From the NCBI GenBank assembly GCA_902526825.1, contig CABZMN010000004.1, positions 5,803-69,802 on the forward strand: 64,000 nucleotides of DNA, read 5' to 3'. The DNA is from an uncultured Candidatus Actinomarina sp. Lineage in GTDB: Bacteria > Actinomycetota > Acidimicrobiia > Actinomarinales > Actinomarinaceae. Made by a program: the position numbers and the translations under genes. A model generated the notes under the pieces. The model was not told the origin of the DNA and made no database searches. It was given only the letters and a program-made list of their open reading frames with translations. Positions 39,264 through 49,645 of the stretch are shown one piece after another (the stretch's first letter is position 1; each line of letters opens with the position of its first letter).

Positions 39264-41192
39264 ATGGTTGAAAAGCACTCTGTAGAGTTTGTTGATAAAG
39301 ATGAAAGTCAAAAAATTGAATTTTTTGAAGGTGATGCTCATTTGGGACATTATGACATCAAATTTGATTTTAATGACAAAAAGTTTTTTTCGATAGCTGA
39401 TGATGGTACAGCAAATATAAGAATTCATACTCAAACTGACATTGCTGATGTATGGTTATTTTTAGAAGATTCTGACTTAAGACCAATGCAACTTAAATGT
39501 CTCGCTGAAACAGCAAGATATAAATTTTGGGAAATACAAGTAAAGTTTAATTTAGAAAATGTGAAGTTCAGTTTTGGAGCAACAACAAACAAAAAACTAA
39601 ATATTTATTATGGTACGAGCGGAATTGCGAATTTTATTTCTCCATCGGAAAAATGGTTTTATTCAGAGGAAAATTTTAAAAGACATATAGTACCTGACTG
39701 GGTTTACGGCGGAGTGATGTATCAGATATTTCCTGAGAGGTTCAATTATTCAGATACAAACTCACTTTTTGATGAAAAAGTTGAATGGGGTTCAACACCA
39801 AAAAGGCTAGAATTTCAAGGTGGTGATCTTTATGGAATTATTGACAAGCTGGACTATATCAAAAATCTAAATGTAAATATTTTATATCTTAATCCCATAT
39901 TTTTATCAGGCAGTACACATAGATATGATACATGGGATCATTTTAAAGTTGACCCCAAACTTGGTGGGGAAAAAGCTTTGGAAAAATTAATAGATGAATT
40001 ACATGCTAGAAAAATGAAAATAATTTTTGATACATCATTAAATCATGTTCATCCAAAACATTTTGCTTTTCAAGACATAATTAAAAATGGTGAGAAATCA
40101 AAATACAAAGATTGGTTTACTATTTATGAATATCCTGTTCATTTAAAGTACAGACCACATTTGTATGAAAATACTTATAAAGTTGGCTGGGACGGTAATG
40201 AAAAAGAGTATAAACAATATCTAGAAAAAACTTTTTTAGAAACTGAAATTCCTGTGAAAAATATTGATGATGATGGTCCTATAGTTGAACCTTCATATAA
40301 ATCATGGTGGGGTGTTCCTGATATGCCAAAAATCAATTACTCATGTGAAGATGCAAGAAAATGGGCATTGGATGTAACAGCATTTTGGATTAATAATTTT
40401 AATATTGATGGATGGAGAATGGATGTTGCTAAAGAAATAGATTTATTGTTTTGGAAAGATTTCAGAAATATAGCAAAAGATAGTAATCAAAATGTTCTCT
40501 TATTTTCCGAAATCTTTGGTGATACATCTCAATGGCTTCAAGGTGATATGTTCGATGGAACTATGAATTATTCATTTAGAGAATCAATGGTTGATTACTT
40601 TGCGACTAAAAGAATGAGTATTTCAGAATTTTCAGATTCTTTAGCAAATTTATATTTTATGTATTCTTTTAAAGCACTATCATCATGTCAAAATCTTTTA
40701 AGTTCACATGATGTAAAAAGATTTTTAAATAGATGTTCTGATATTTCGTCAATTTACGGACCAATATTTATGCAAGCTACTTTTCCTGGTATTGCGGGAA
40801 TTTATTATGGTGATGAAATTGGGTTAAATGGTGGAAACGAACCAAATAACAGAGAAGCTTTTCCATGGAATGATGAGGGTATTTGGGATTTAAATTTACA
40901 AAATTATATTCGAGAAATTATGAATATTAAATCTTCAAATAATATTTTGAAATATGGAAATTTCCAACTCTTACCAAATCAGAATGATGCGATAGTCTTT
41001 CGACGTGCCTTAAAAGATAAATCACTTTTGTGTATATTTAACAGATCTGAAGATCAAAAAAATATTAAAATTCCAAGTACAGCACACAGCATCGACCAAA
41101 TTTTTGGAAACTCAGATATTGAATTAATTGATGGAAATATTCTTATTTCAGAATTGGAAAAAAACACTGGCTTAATTATTTTTGAGAATTAA
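39264..41192 (+). CDS. GH13 alpha-glycosidase (neopullulanase/cyclomaltodextrinase-like)
   Basis: YQIFPERF, GGDLYGI, HRYDT, DGWRMDVA, EIF, SHD. Confidence 0.9.
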   Translation: MVEKHSVEFVDKDESQKIEFFEGDAHLGHYDIKFDFNDKKFFSIADDGTANIRIHTQTDIADVWLFLEDSDLRPMQLKCLAETARYKFWEIQVKFNLENVKFSFGATTNKKLNIYYGTSGIANFISPSEKWFYSEENFKRHIVPDWVYGGVMYQIFPERFNYSDTNSLFDEKVEWGSTPKRLEFQGGDLYGIIDKLDYIKNLNVNILYLNPIFLSGSTHRYDTWDHFKVDPKLGGEKALEKLIDELHARKMKIIFDTSLNHVHPKHFAFQDIIKNGEKSKYKDWFTIYEYPVHLKYRPHLYENTYKVGWDGNEKEYKQYLEKTFLETEIPVKNIDDDGPIVEPSYKSWWGVPDMPKINYSCEDARKWALDVTAFWINNFNIDGWRMDVAKEIDLLFWKDFRNIAKDSNQNVLLFSEIFGDTSQWLQGDMFDGTMNYSFRESMVDYFATKRMSISEFSDSLANLYFMYSFKALSSCQNLLSSHDVKRFLNRCSDISSIYGPIFMQATFPGIAGIYYGDEIGLNGGNEPNNREAFPWNDEGIWDLNLQNYIREIMNIKSSNNILKYGNFQLLPNQNDAIVFRRALKDKSLLCIFNRSEDQKNIKIPSTAHSIDQIFGNSDIELIDGNILISELEKNTGLIIFEN

Positions 41193-41983
41193 ATTAGCAA
41201 ATTTTTTTGCAGCTCTCTCCATTTATTAGTCCAAATCGGAATTTCATTTTCACCCCATGGCTTTAGATCTCCAACAAAATGTACAATTAATGGATTATCG
41301 TAGTTTTGATGTAATTTTTTATCTTCAGTTAATTTGAATGCCAGTAAGTTAAAAGTAATTGGTAATGGTGACCATTTATTTCTAAATACAAAATTCATGG
41401 CATCTTGTTCAATGCAATCTGTAGGCCCATTGTTTTTAATCCAATTTATAAATTTATCTTCTAAATTCTCTTTTCTCCAAAAATCTAAATCAGCAATAAA
41501 AACACCATTATTAAAGTAAGGAAGGTCAGAATTTGAAAATGTTTTTCTACTCATTCCTGAATATTCAACTGTTGCTAATAGTTTATTCGACAAAGGGTAA
41601 TCAATTAGTGGTTTTATATTTCTATTGACGTATGTATCAGGATCAATATAAATTGCTTTTTTATATTCAGGAAACAAAGACCCAATAAAGAGTCTGTGGC
41701 TCATATTTTTGGATATGTATCCTGCCTCATAAGCCAATCCATCCTCATCTAGCTTATTAAATCTATCTGAACATTTAAACTTAATATTAAGATTTTCACA
41801 ATTAATTTTTTTTACAAACTCATCCTCTTCTGATATCAAATTTTGAGGAACTAAACACATAAGGTCAAAAATGTGATCTTCATGATAGTTGATGCTTAAT
41901 GATTTAATGAAAACGGCTGCATATTCCATATAGTTTTCATCAAATGAAGTAATTATTACACTTTCTTTGTAATTGTTTCCCAT
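41189..41983 (-). CDS. Glycosyltransferase family 8
   Basis: FDENY, YIDPD (DxD), YFNNGV, EQDAMN, IVHFVGDLKPW. Confidence 0.88.
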   Translation of the reverse strand: MGNNYKESVIITSFDENYMEYAAVFIKSLSINYHEDHIFDLMCLVPQNLISEEDEFVKKINCENLNIKFKCSDRFNKLDEDGLAYEAGYISKNMSHRLFIGSLFPEYKKAIYIDPDTYVNRNIKPLIDYPLSNKLLATVEYSGMSRKTFSNSDLPYFNNGVFIADLDFWRKENLEDKFINWIKNNGPTDCIEQDAMNFVFRNKWSPLPITFNLLAFKLTEDKKLHQNYDNPLIVHFVGDLKPWGENEIPIWTNKWRELQKNLLI

Positions 41984-42097
41984 AGTTCTACTTTAAATCC
42001 TTTAACAAAAATAAAGGATTGAATTTAAAAATGATACATTTAATTCGTTAATTTTATATTTGTTAATTAAAATTCTAATAAAGAGTTAGGAAATTAT

Positions 42098-44026
42098 ATG
42101 TCAAAACTTCATGATTTTATGAAAAATAGAGAAGCTTCAGTAACAAGTGTCGTGGATGGTAAAACTATTATTGATTACTTTAACCAAAATGCAGATGAAT
42201 TCCCAGATTATCCAGCACTTAATACTCCAATCAACGATGAATATTCTGGATGGGACTCAACATCATGGTCAGAATATAGAGAATTAGTACATAACCTTGC
42301 CGCTGGACTTATTGATATTGGTTTTAGTCAGGGAGATAATGGCTTTATTGTATCCGACAACACAAAAGAACATTTTATTTCAGATTTATCAATAGTGCAT
42401 GCAGGAGGAACACCATCAACAATTTATAAACAACTTAAAGCTGGACAAATTGCATATATATCAAATTTATTAGATGCAAAAATTGCATTTGTAGGAAACT
42501 CGGAGTTATTTAAAGAGGTAAATGAAGCAAAAAAAGAATGCAAAAATCTAGAATATATCATCATTATTGAGGATTATGAACAATATAAAGACTTAGATTA
42601 TGTTTTAAATTTTCAGGAAATAATTGAAAACGGAAAAAAATTAAATGAATCAGATTCCTCAAAGCTTGAAAATGCTATTGCAAGTGTTACGCCTCAATCA
42701 TTAGCGTGTTTAATATTTACATCCGGTACAACAGGTAATCCAAAGGGTGTAATGATTACACATGAAAACGTATTATGGACCGCACAGAGTCTTTTTGCTG
42801 AAACTGTTCAATTGTCAACAAATCCAAGGATCGTCTCATATCTGCCTATGGCACATATTGCTGCAAGATTAGGAGATCATTATCAGTCAATTTACAGACG
42901 AGGACAAATTTTTCCAGTTCCAATATTAGAGGATATGGCAAAAGCACTTCCAACAATCAAACCATCTATATTTTTAGCAGTACCTAGAGTCTGGGAACGT
43001 TTTCAATCTGGATTGCTGAATAAAATTAATGAATCTGATAAAAAAGATTTAGCACTGAAAGCTATAGATAATGGTCTCGAAAGAGTTGAATATGAACAGC
43101 GTGGAGAGAAACCACCGATTGGAATAAGGCTTAAAGATGCAATATTTAAAAAACTTGTTTTTGAGAAGTCATTTAAACAAGGACTAGGACTTGACAGTAC
43201 AGAAATTTTTGCAACTGCTGCTGCACCAATGAATCCAGACGTGCATAAATGGTTTCATGCTATTCATATTGATGTTACTGAAATATATGGAATGACTGAA
43301 GATACAGGCCCTGCAACTATTGGTATACCAAATCACGCTATTGACTATGTTAAAAATATGTTTAAATCAGGTAGTGTTCCACTTCCTGAAGTTCTAAATC
43401 CTATTGGTAAGGTAGGTATTCCACTTGCAGGAACCGAGGTAAAAGTTCTTGAAGATGGTGAATTATGTATTAAAGGTAAGCACGTTGCATCAGGATATTA
43501 TAAATTAGAGGAAGAAACAAAAGAAACCTTTGATAATGATGGATGGTTACATACAGGTGATCTTGCAGATATTGATGAAAATGGATATGTGAAAATTGTA
43601 GGAAGAAAAAAAGAGATACTCATAACCTCAGGTGGAAAAAATATAGCCCCTGTTGAAATTGAAGATCATGTAAAACCACATACACTCGTAGGTCAAATAT
43701 GTGTTGTAGGAGATGGTAAAAAATTCTTGGCAGCTTTAATTGTTCTTGATGGTGATGGTGGTGCCGAAAAATGGGCAGAGGAAAATGGAGTTGAATATAA
43801 TATAAGTGAAATGTCAAAAAATTCTAGAGTTATCAATGCAATACAAGAACAAATTGATCAAGCAAATTCAAAAGTTGCTAGAGTTCAGCAAATCAAGAAG
43901 TTTACACTTCTTGAAAATGAATGGACAGACTCAAGTGGTGAATTAACACCAACTTTGAAATTAAAAAGAAATGTTATTGCTGAGAGATACAATAACGAAA
44001 TTGAATCAATGTACGAGGAGGCTTAA
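42098..44026 (+). CDS. fadD: Long-chain fatty acid--CoA ligase
   Basis: IFTSGTTGNPKG, SYLPMAH, YGMTE, GWLHTGD, GRKKE, ELTPTLKLKR. Confidence 0.92.
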   Translation: MSKLHDFMKNREASVTSVVDGKTIIDYFNQNADEFPDYPALNTPINDEYSGWDSTSWSEYRELVHNLAAGLIDIGFSQGDNGFIVSDNTKEHFISDLSIVHAGGTPSTIYKQLKAGQIAYISNLLDAKIAFVGNSELFKEVNEAKKECKNLEYIIIIEDYEQYKDLDYVLNFQEIIENGKKLNESDSSKLENAIASVTPQSLACLIFTSGTTGNPKGVMITHENVLWTAQSLFAETVQLSTNPRIVSYLPMAHIAARLGDHYQSIYRRGQIFPVPILEDMAKALPTIKPSIFLAVPRVWERFQSGLLNKINESDKKDLALKAIDNGLERVEYEQRGEKPPIGIRLKDAIFKKLVFEKSFKQGLGLDSTEIFATAAAPMNPDVHKWFHAIHIDVTEIYGMTEDTGPATIGIPNHAIDYVKNMFKSGSVPLPEVLNPIGKVGIPLAGTEVKVLEDGELCIKGKHVASGYYKLEEETKETFDNDGWLHTGDLADIDENGYVKIVGRKKEILITSGGKNIAPVEIEDHVKPHTLVGQICVVGDGKKFLAALIVLDGDGGAEKWAEENGVEYNISEMSKNSRVINAIQEQIDQANSKVARVQQIKKFTLLENEWTDSSGELTPTLKLKRNVIAERYNNEIESMYEEA

Positions 44027-44028
44027 AT

Positions 44029-44943
44029 ATGTCAGATGTTAATTTTGAAAACAGAGTAGCGATTGTTACAGGTGCTGGGAATGGTTTAGGTAAAGCATAT
44101 GCGCTAGAGCTTGGTAAAAGAGGTGCAAAGGTTGTAGTTAACGACCTAGGAGGTGCTGTTGATGGTTCAGGATCAGGTAACTCACCAGCAGATGATGTTG
44201 TAAATCAAATTATCAATAATGGTGGGGAAGCTGTTGCAAATTATGATTCTGTTGCTTCAAAAGATGGTGGAGAGTCAATAGTTCAAACTGCAATAGATAA
44301 TTTTGGAACTGTTGATGCTGTAATTAATAATGCAGGGATATTGAGGGATAGAAGTTTCGCAAATATGACTGAGGAAGAATTTTTGTTAATTGTTGATGTA
44401 CATCTAAAAGGAACGTTTTATGTGACTCATCCTGCATTCAAAATAATGAAGGAAAAAAATTATGGAAGAATTGTAAATGTTGCTTCTCCATCAGGTTTAT
44501 TTGGAAATTTTGGTCAAGCAAATTATGGTGCAGCAAAAATGGGTATAGTTGGTCTTACTAATGTCTTAGCAATTGAGGGGGCTAAATACAATATTAAGGT
44601 AAATGTTATAGCACCTACTGCTTACACAAGGATGACGGAAGGACTCATCCCTGAAGATGTTGGTAAATTTATGACTCCTGAGCTTGTAACACCATTGGTT
44701 ACATATCTTGCATCTGAAGCTTGTGAACCAACCCATGAAATATATGGGGTTGCAGCAGGTAGGTTTGCAAGAATTGGGATAATCACCCATGAAGGTTATG
44801 TTAACCAACAAGCAACAGCTGAAGACATTGCCAACAATATAGATGAGATAAGGACAATTACAGATGGGACTTACCCTTTAAGCAATGATGATGAAAATAT
44901 GTTAATAATGAAAGCTTTACAGGGAAATAGCTCTAACGAATAA
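44029..44943 (+). CDS. SDR oxidoreductase (MFE-2-like 3-hydroxyacyl-CoA dehydrogenase type)
   Basis: TGAGNGLG, VVVNDLGG, NNAGILRD, GNFGQANYGAAK. Confidence 0.9.
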   Translation: MSDVNFENRVAIVTGAGNGLGKAYALELGKRGAKVVVNDLGGAVDGSGSGNSPADDVVNQIINNGGEAVANYDSVASKDGGESIVQTAIDNFGTVDAVINNAGILRDRSFANMTEEEFLLIVDVHLKGTFYVTHPAFKIMKEKNYGRIVNVASPSGLFGNFGQANYGAAKMGIVGLTNVLAIEGAKYNIKVNVIAPTAYTRMTEGLIPEDVGKFMTPELVTPLVTYLASEACEPTHEIYGVAAGRFARIGIITHEGYVNQQATAEDIANNIDEIRTITDGTYPLSNDDENMLIMKALQGNSSNE

Positions 44944-44960
44944 ACGGTGTATAATTCTAT

Positions 44961-46178
44961 ATGGCGAAAATTGAAACAAAACCAGCTGATTCAGAAGAGT
45001 TAATAAAAGATAGACTCAAAGAGCTCATCTCATTCAGAGAAGAAAATCAAAATATTAAAGATTTTTGGGGAAAACAATTTGATTTAGGTTTAGCTTGGGT
45101 ACATTTTCCAGAAGGATCTGGAGGTCTAAACGTAAATCCAAAGTTTCAATTACTTGTAAATGAAACCCTTCGTAAAGAAGGAATTTCAACCAGTAATCGC
45201 ATAGCCAATTTACTTGGTATTGGAATGGGTGCTCCAACAATTAAGGAATATGGAACTCAAGAGCAAATTGATAAATATCTAAGACCCATGTTCACTGCAG
45301 ATGAGATCTGGTGTCAGTTATTTTCTGAGCCAGGATCTGGTTCAGATTTAGCAAGCCTTTCAACAAAAGCAGTAGATGACGGAGATGGGTACATTGTTAA
45401 TGGTCAAAAAGTATGGACCACATTGGGGCATTTATCAAAATGGGGTTTACTTGTTACAAGAACTGATCCGGAGGTTCCAAAACACCGTGGGTTAACATTT
45501 TTTATAGTAGATATGGAATCAGAAGGAGTTGAAGTAAGGCCATTAAGACAAATTACGGGAGAAGCTGAATTCAATGAAGTTTACTTTACAGATGTAAAAA
45601 TTCCAAAAGAAAATGTCTTAGGAGAAGTAGGTGACGGCTGGAGAGTATCATTAGCTATATTGATGAACGAAAGAGTTGCTATTGGGGGCAACGTTAGACA
45701 AAGAGGAAGTGGAGCTCCTGGGCACCTTGTACAACTTTGGAAAGATCGAAACTTAGATGACCCTGTTGTAAAAGACAAGCTCGTGGATTTATGGATTCAA
45801 CAAGAAGCTGTACGGCTTACAAATATGAGAGCTTCAGAACTGAGAGAAAAAGGAACACCTGGTCCTGAAGGCTCTACAAGCAAGCTTCACGAGGCTGAAA
45901 TTAACAAATCTTCTTATGAATTTGGTATGGAGATGTTAGGAAATGATGGATTGTTATTTCCAAGAGGATATGAGTTATCTCAACCTGAATTAAATTTTGA
46001 TAATGATTCATACGGTTTTACCGATACACAAAGTTTATTTTTAAGATCTCGAGCCAACTCCATTGAAGGTGGTACATCAGAAATCATGCGAAACATTATT
46101 GCAGAAAGAGTTTTAGGTCTTCCTAGCGAACCAAAATTAGATAAAGATAAAGCTTGGAAAGATTTGCCAAGATCTTAG
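44961..46178 (+). CDS. Acyl-CoA dehydrogenase
   Basis: WCQLFSEPGSGSDL, NGQKVWT, FNEVYF, IEGGTSEI. Confidence 0.93.
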   Translation: MAKIETKPADSEELIKDRLKELISFREENQNIKDFWGKQFDLGLAWVHFPEGSGGLNVNPKFQLLVNETLRKEGISTSNRIANLLGIGMGAPTIKEYGTQEQIDKYLRPMFTADEIWCQLFSEPGSGSDLASLSTKAVDDGDGYIVNGQKVWTTLGHLSKWGLLVTRTDPEVPKHRGLTFFIVDMESEGVEVRPLRQITGEAEFNEVYFTDVKIPKENVLGEVGDGWRVSLAILMNERVAIGGNVRQRGSGAPGHLVQLWKDRNLDDPVVKDKLVDLWIQQEAVRLTNMRASELREKGTPGPEGSTSKLHEAEINKSSYEFGMEMLGNDGLLFPRGYELSQPELNFDNDSYGFTDTQSLFLRSRANSIEGGTSEIMRNIIAERVLGLPSEPKLDKDKAWKDLPRS

Positions 46179-46798
46179 TTATTATAAATTAAGCAGAACT
46201 TTCCATCCTCTACGGAAACCTCAATATCATTATTGACTGAAATATTTCTTAAAGTGATAGATTTACCAAATTCAATATTTTCATTTTCAAGGTTCCATTG
46301 TGCTCCAGATATATTTAAATTTTTCAAATTCGAAAATGGAAGGATACTAAATTCAACATTATTTCCAATTGCAATTTTTTTTGAATTAGGAATGAGTACT
46401 GTCTGATCCTTATGTATCCAAGAAATTTGTTGGTCCTCTTGAAAGCTAATAATTACAGTTAAAACACTAAACAAATGGTCAATTTCTCCATATTCTCCAC
46501 CTATAATTGTTATATCCTTAATTTCTTTATCCAGTACATGTTTTAAAGCAAGTTCAAAATCTGTTTCATTTTTATTAGTTTTATATTTTAAAATTTGAAC
46601 TTTATCTTTTTCTGCTCTCTGTATAGTTTTCTCATCTATTGAATCAAGATCACCAATAATTAGATCTGGTTTTAAAAATAATTTGTAAGCTTGTTCTGTT
46701 CCTGAATCTACAGCAACTACAAGATCATAATTTCCTAACTGGTCTCTTTTTGTACTATTAAGACCACCGTTTACTATAAGTGCATTTTTCATTTTCAT
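46175..46798 (-). CDS. thiN: Thiamine diphosphokinase
   Basis: AVDSG, PDLIIGDLDS, KNETDFELAL, DH, G.......ISV C-terminus. Confidence 0.88.
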   Translation of the reverse strand: MKMKNALIVNGGLNSTKRDQLGNYDLVVAVDSGTEQAYKLFLKPDLIIGDLDSIDEKTIQRAEKDKVQILKYKTNKNETDFELALKHVLDKEIKDITIIGGEYGEIDHLFSVLTVIISFQEDQQISWIHKDQTVLIPNSKKIAIGNNVEFSILPFSNLKNLNISGAQWNLENENIEFGKSITLRNISVNNDIEVSVEDGKFCLIYNN

Positions 46799-46815
46799 TT
46801 GAAGATTATCATAAA

Positions 46816-47997
46816 TTATTTAATAATTGGCATTGAAGTGTTCATTGCATTTTTTAATGCATTTAAAACTAAAGCTTTTTCGTTTGCTTGCGAAAACACG
46901 AAACCTAAATATTTATCACCATAAGGAGGTTCCAACAAATCTGAATTCTCAAATACAGTTATTTCAACTGCCGATACATTATCAATGTTTTCCAATTCAT
47001 TTTGATTAATTGAAACAAATTTACCAGTTTGAGGAGTTGGAAGCATGAGTACGCCAACATAATTACTAAGGAGTTCAACAGGTTTTAACTCATCATATAA
47101 AAATGCATGTAATGTTATTTCTTCAAGAGAGGCTTTAAACAACCCAAAACTTAAACATTTTGAACAAAGACCACCTATCATTCTTGGATTAATTTCAATA
47201 ATGAAAATATTTCCATCAAGTATTTTAAATTCAACATGTACGGGCCCATTCTCAAGACCAATTTTTTTACATGCATTATCAATCAATTCAACTATTTCAT
47301 TTTGTAATTTTTCAGATAGTTCGCTTGGGGTTATATAGATTGATTCTTCAAAGTAAGGTTCTTTGTATTCAATTGGCTTATCGAAAATTGTTATTTTATT
47401 TAAATTAGAATTTATTAAGTTACCTTCCAATGCATATTCTTTACCATTTATATGTTGCTCAATAACCATTTCCTGATCTTCACATTCGTTCATTAAATTA
47501 ATGATGTAGTCTTTGTTTTTATTAAAATTATCAATTTTTAAAACACTTTTGCTTGCTGACCCAAAGTTTGGTTTTAAAACTGATGTACCATGTTTTTCTA
47601 CAAACACTTCAATATCTTCGAGACTTTTTATAACCATATTTTTTGCTTTTATATTCGATATTGAATTTAAAGTATTTCTTGAGTTAAATTTATTCATTGA
47701 ATGCTCTATTGCATGTAATTTATTTCCTTTAGCATCTAATAAATCAACTAGATAACCAGCAAATTTTAATGCACTATGGTCAACTGGAAGTACGTGAGTT
47801 ACTTTATTAAGCTTTATCAATGTTTCATCGCTTATTTTTTCACTAAAATTATGAATAATTACAGTGTCACCAAATTGACTTGATACTTGATCGCTATCAG
47901 TGATTACTAGAAAATCGATACTTAATCTTTCTGCAGTTAGTACAAAATCATTAGATTTATAGCTATTTTCTGGGATTACTAGCAATAGTTTATTCAT
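46816..47997 (-). CDS. ATP-grasp domain protein of unknown function
   Basis: VLKP, EQHING.E, HVEF, IEINPRMIGG. Confidence 0.85.
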   Translation of the reverse strand: MNKLLLVIPENSYKSNDFVLTAERLSIDFLVITDSDQVSSQFGDTVIIHNFSEKISDETLIKLNKVTHVLPVDHSALKFAGYLVDLLDAKGNKLHAIEHSMNKFNSRNTLNSISNIKAKNMVIKSLEDIEVFVEKHGTSVLKPNFGSASKSVLKIDNFNKNKDYIINLMNECEDQEMVIEQHINGKEYALEGNLINSNLNKITIFDKPIEYKEPYFEESIYITPSELSEKLQNEIVELIDNACKKIGLENGPVHVEFKILDGNIFIIEINPRMIGGLCSKCLSFGLFKASLEEITLHAFLYDELKPVELLSNYVGVLMLPTPQTGKFVSINQNELENIDNVSAVEITVFENSDLLEPPYGDKYLGFVFSQANEKALVLNALKNAMNTSMPIIK

Positions 47998-48037
47998 ATT
48001 TATTTACACATATCTTGAGCTTACTAATATTAAGTAT

Positions 48038-48670
48038 ATGACTGATGAATTTAAATTCAATATTGGAGATAGTGCTGTCAGTAAGATTATTGAATTAAAA
48101 GAACAAGAACCTGGAGATAAAGATTATGCTCTATTCTTACAGATAGATGGTGTACAAGGTAATCAATATACCTATGATCTTAGTTTTTTAGATATTGAAC
48201 AAGCTAGACCAGATGATAAAAATATTGATTTTGGTGATTTGTCTGTAATTATAGCCAGTAAAGATATAGATAATTTTAATGGTGCAGTACTAGAAATGTC
48301 AGATGATCCAAATGCACCAGGACTCACAATGGACAACCCAAATACTCCAAGTCCTTCAATGGTTGGTAACCCTGAAGATTTACCTGAACTTACGGGTGAA
48401 CTTGCAGAGAAGGTGCAAACAGTTCTTGAAAGCCAAATTAATCCAGCAATAGCATCTCACGGAGGAAAGGCATCTTTAGTTGGTATTGAAGGTCAAGATG
48501 TTTATCTTAGACTTGGTGGGGGCTGTCAAGGATGTGGAATGGCTCAAGTAACTCTTACTCAAGGAATAGAAACAGCTTTACGAGATGCTGTACCTGAAAT
48601 AGGAAATATTATTGATGCAACTGATCACGCTTCAGGAAATAATCCTTATTTCGAATCGTCTAAAAAATAA
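48038..48670 (+). CDS. nfuA: Fe-S biogenesis protein NfuA-like
   Basis: Degenerate A-type N-domain (..NPN), then INPAIASHGG, GGGCQGC, DATDHASGNNPY. Confidence 0.88.
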   Translation: MTDEFKFNIGDSAVSKIIELKEQEPGDKDYALFLQIDGVQGNQYTYDLSFLDIEQARPDDKNIDFGDLSVIIASKDIDNFNGAVLEMSDDPNAPGLTMDNPNTPSPSMVGNPEDLPELTGELAEKVQTVLESQINPAIASHGGKASLVGIEGQDVYLRLGGGCQGCGMAQVTLTQGIETALRDAVPEIGNIIDATDHASGNNPYFESSKK

Positions 48671-49645
48671 TTAAAAACGGATTACTGTTTTCCCAATATT
48701 TTTTCTAGATAGAAAGTTTTCAAGTGCTAAAGAAGTCTCTTCTATTGGATGAATATTTTTTGGTTGTATCACTAGTTCATCCTTTTCAATAAATTTAATT
48801 AATTCTTTAAAGTCTTCAGCTGTCTCTTCTGGAGAAGTTGTAGTCCATCTTCCCCACCAAACTCCAACTATTGAGACTCCCTTAACAAGAGTTAAATTTA
48901 ATGGAATTTTTGGTATATTGCCGTCTGTAAAACCTATTACTAGCAACCTTCCATTCCATGCTGTTGCTCTCAATGCTTGTTCTGTTATATCTCCTCCAAC
49001 AGGATCCATAACAACATCTACTCCTTTTCCATCAGTAAGTTCTTTAACTGTTTCCTTCAGTTCAATTTGATCATATCTAATAATTTCATCTGCTCCCAAT
49101 GATTTAACATATTCTGCTTTTTCATCACTGCCAACTGCACATATAGTTTTGACTCCCATTATTTTCGCTAGTTGTATCGTTGCCGTCCCTATACCCCCTG
49201 ACGCACCAAGAACAAGAAGAGACTCATTCTTTTGAATATTTGCTCTTCTTTTGAGTGCGTAATAACAAGTTCCATAATTTATAGGCAAGCTTGCCCCAGC
49301 CATTGAATCGACTTTTTCTGATACTGGTATAACAAGATTCTTATCTACAGAAACATATTCAGAAAAACCTCCTATTGGTGGCAGAGCTATTACTTTGGTC
49401 CCAATCTTAAGATCAACATCATCTCCAGTTTCTTCAACATATCCACAAACTTCATTACCAGGAGTAAAAGGCGGGTCTATTACAATTTGATATTTACCTT
49501 GAACCATTAAAGCATCTGGAAAATTAACACCTGCTGCTTGTACTTTTACTAGTACTTCATTTTTACTTGGCTTTGGTGTTTCAATATCTTTAATCTCAAG
49601 CAGGTTAGGATCACCTATTTTTGTACAAACAACAGCTTTCATCAA
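48671..49645 (-). CDS. Zn-independent MDR oxidoreductase (NADPH:quinone reductase-like)
   Basis: GVNFPD, PFTPGNE, LGASGGIG, DPVGG; no Zn-binding Cys cluster. Confidence 0.88.
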   Translation of the reverse strand: MMKAVVCTKIGDPNLLEIKDIETPKPSKNEVLVKVQAAGVNFPDALMVQGKYQIVIDPPFTPGNEVCGYVEETGDDVDLKIGTKVIALPPIGGFSEYVSVDKNLVIPVSEKVDSMAGASLPINYGTCYYALKRRANIQKNESLLVLGASGGIGTATIQLAKIMGVKTICAVGSDEKAEYVKSLGADEIIRYDQIELKETVKELTDGKGVDVVMDPVGGDITEQALRATAWNGRLLVIGFTDGNIPKIPLNLTLVKGVSIVGVWWGRWTTTSPEETAEDFKELIKFIEKDELVIQPKNIHPIEETSLALENFLSRKNIGKTVIRF

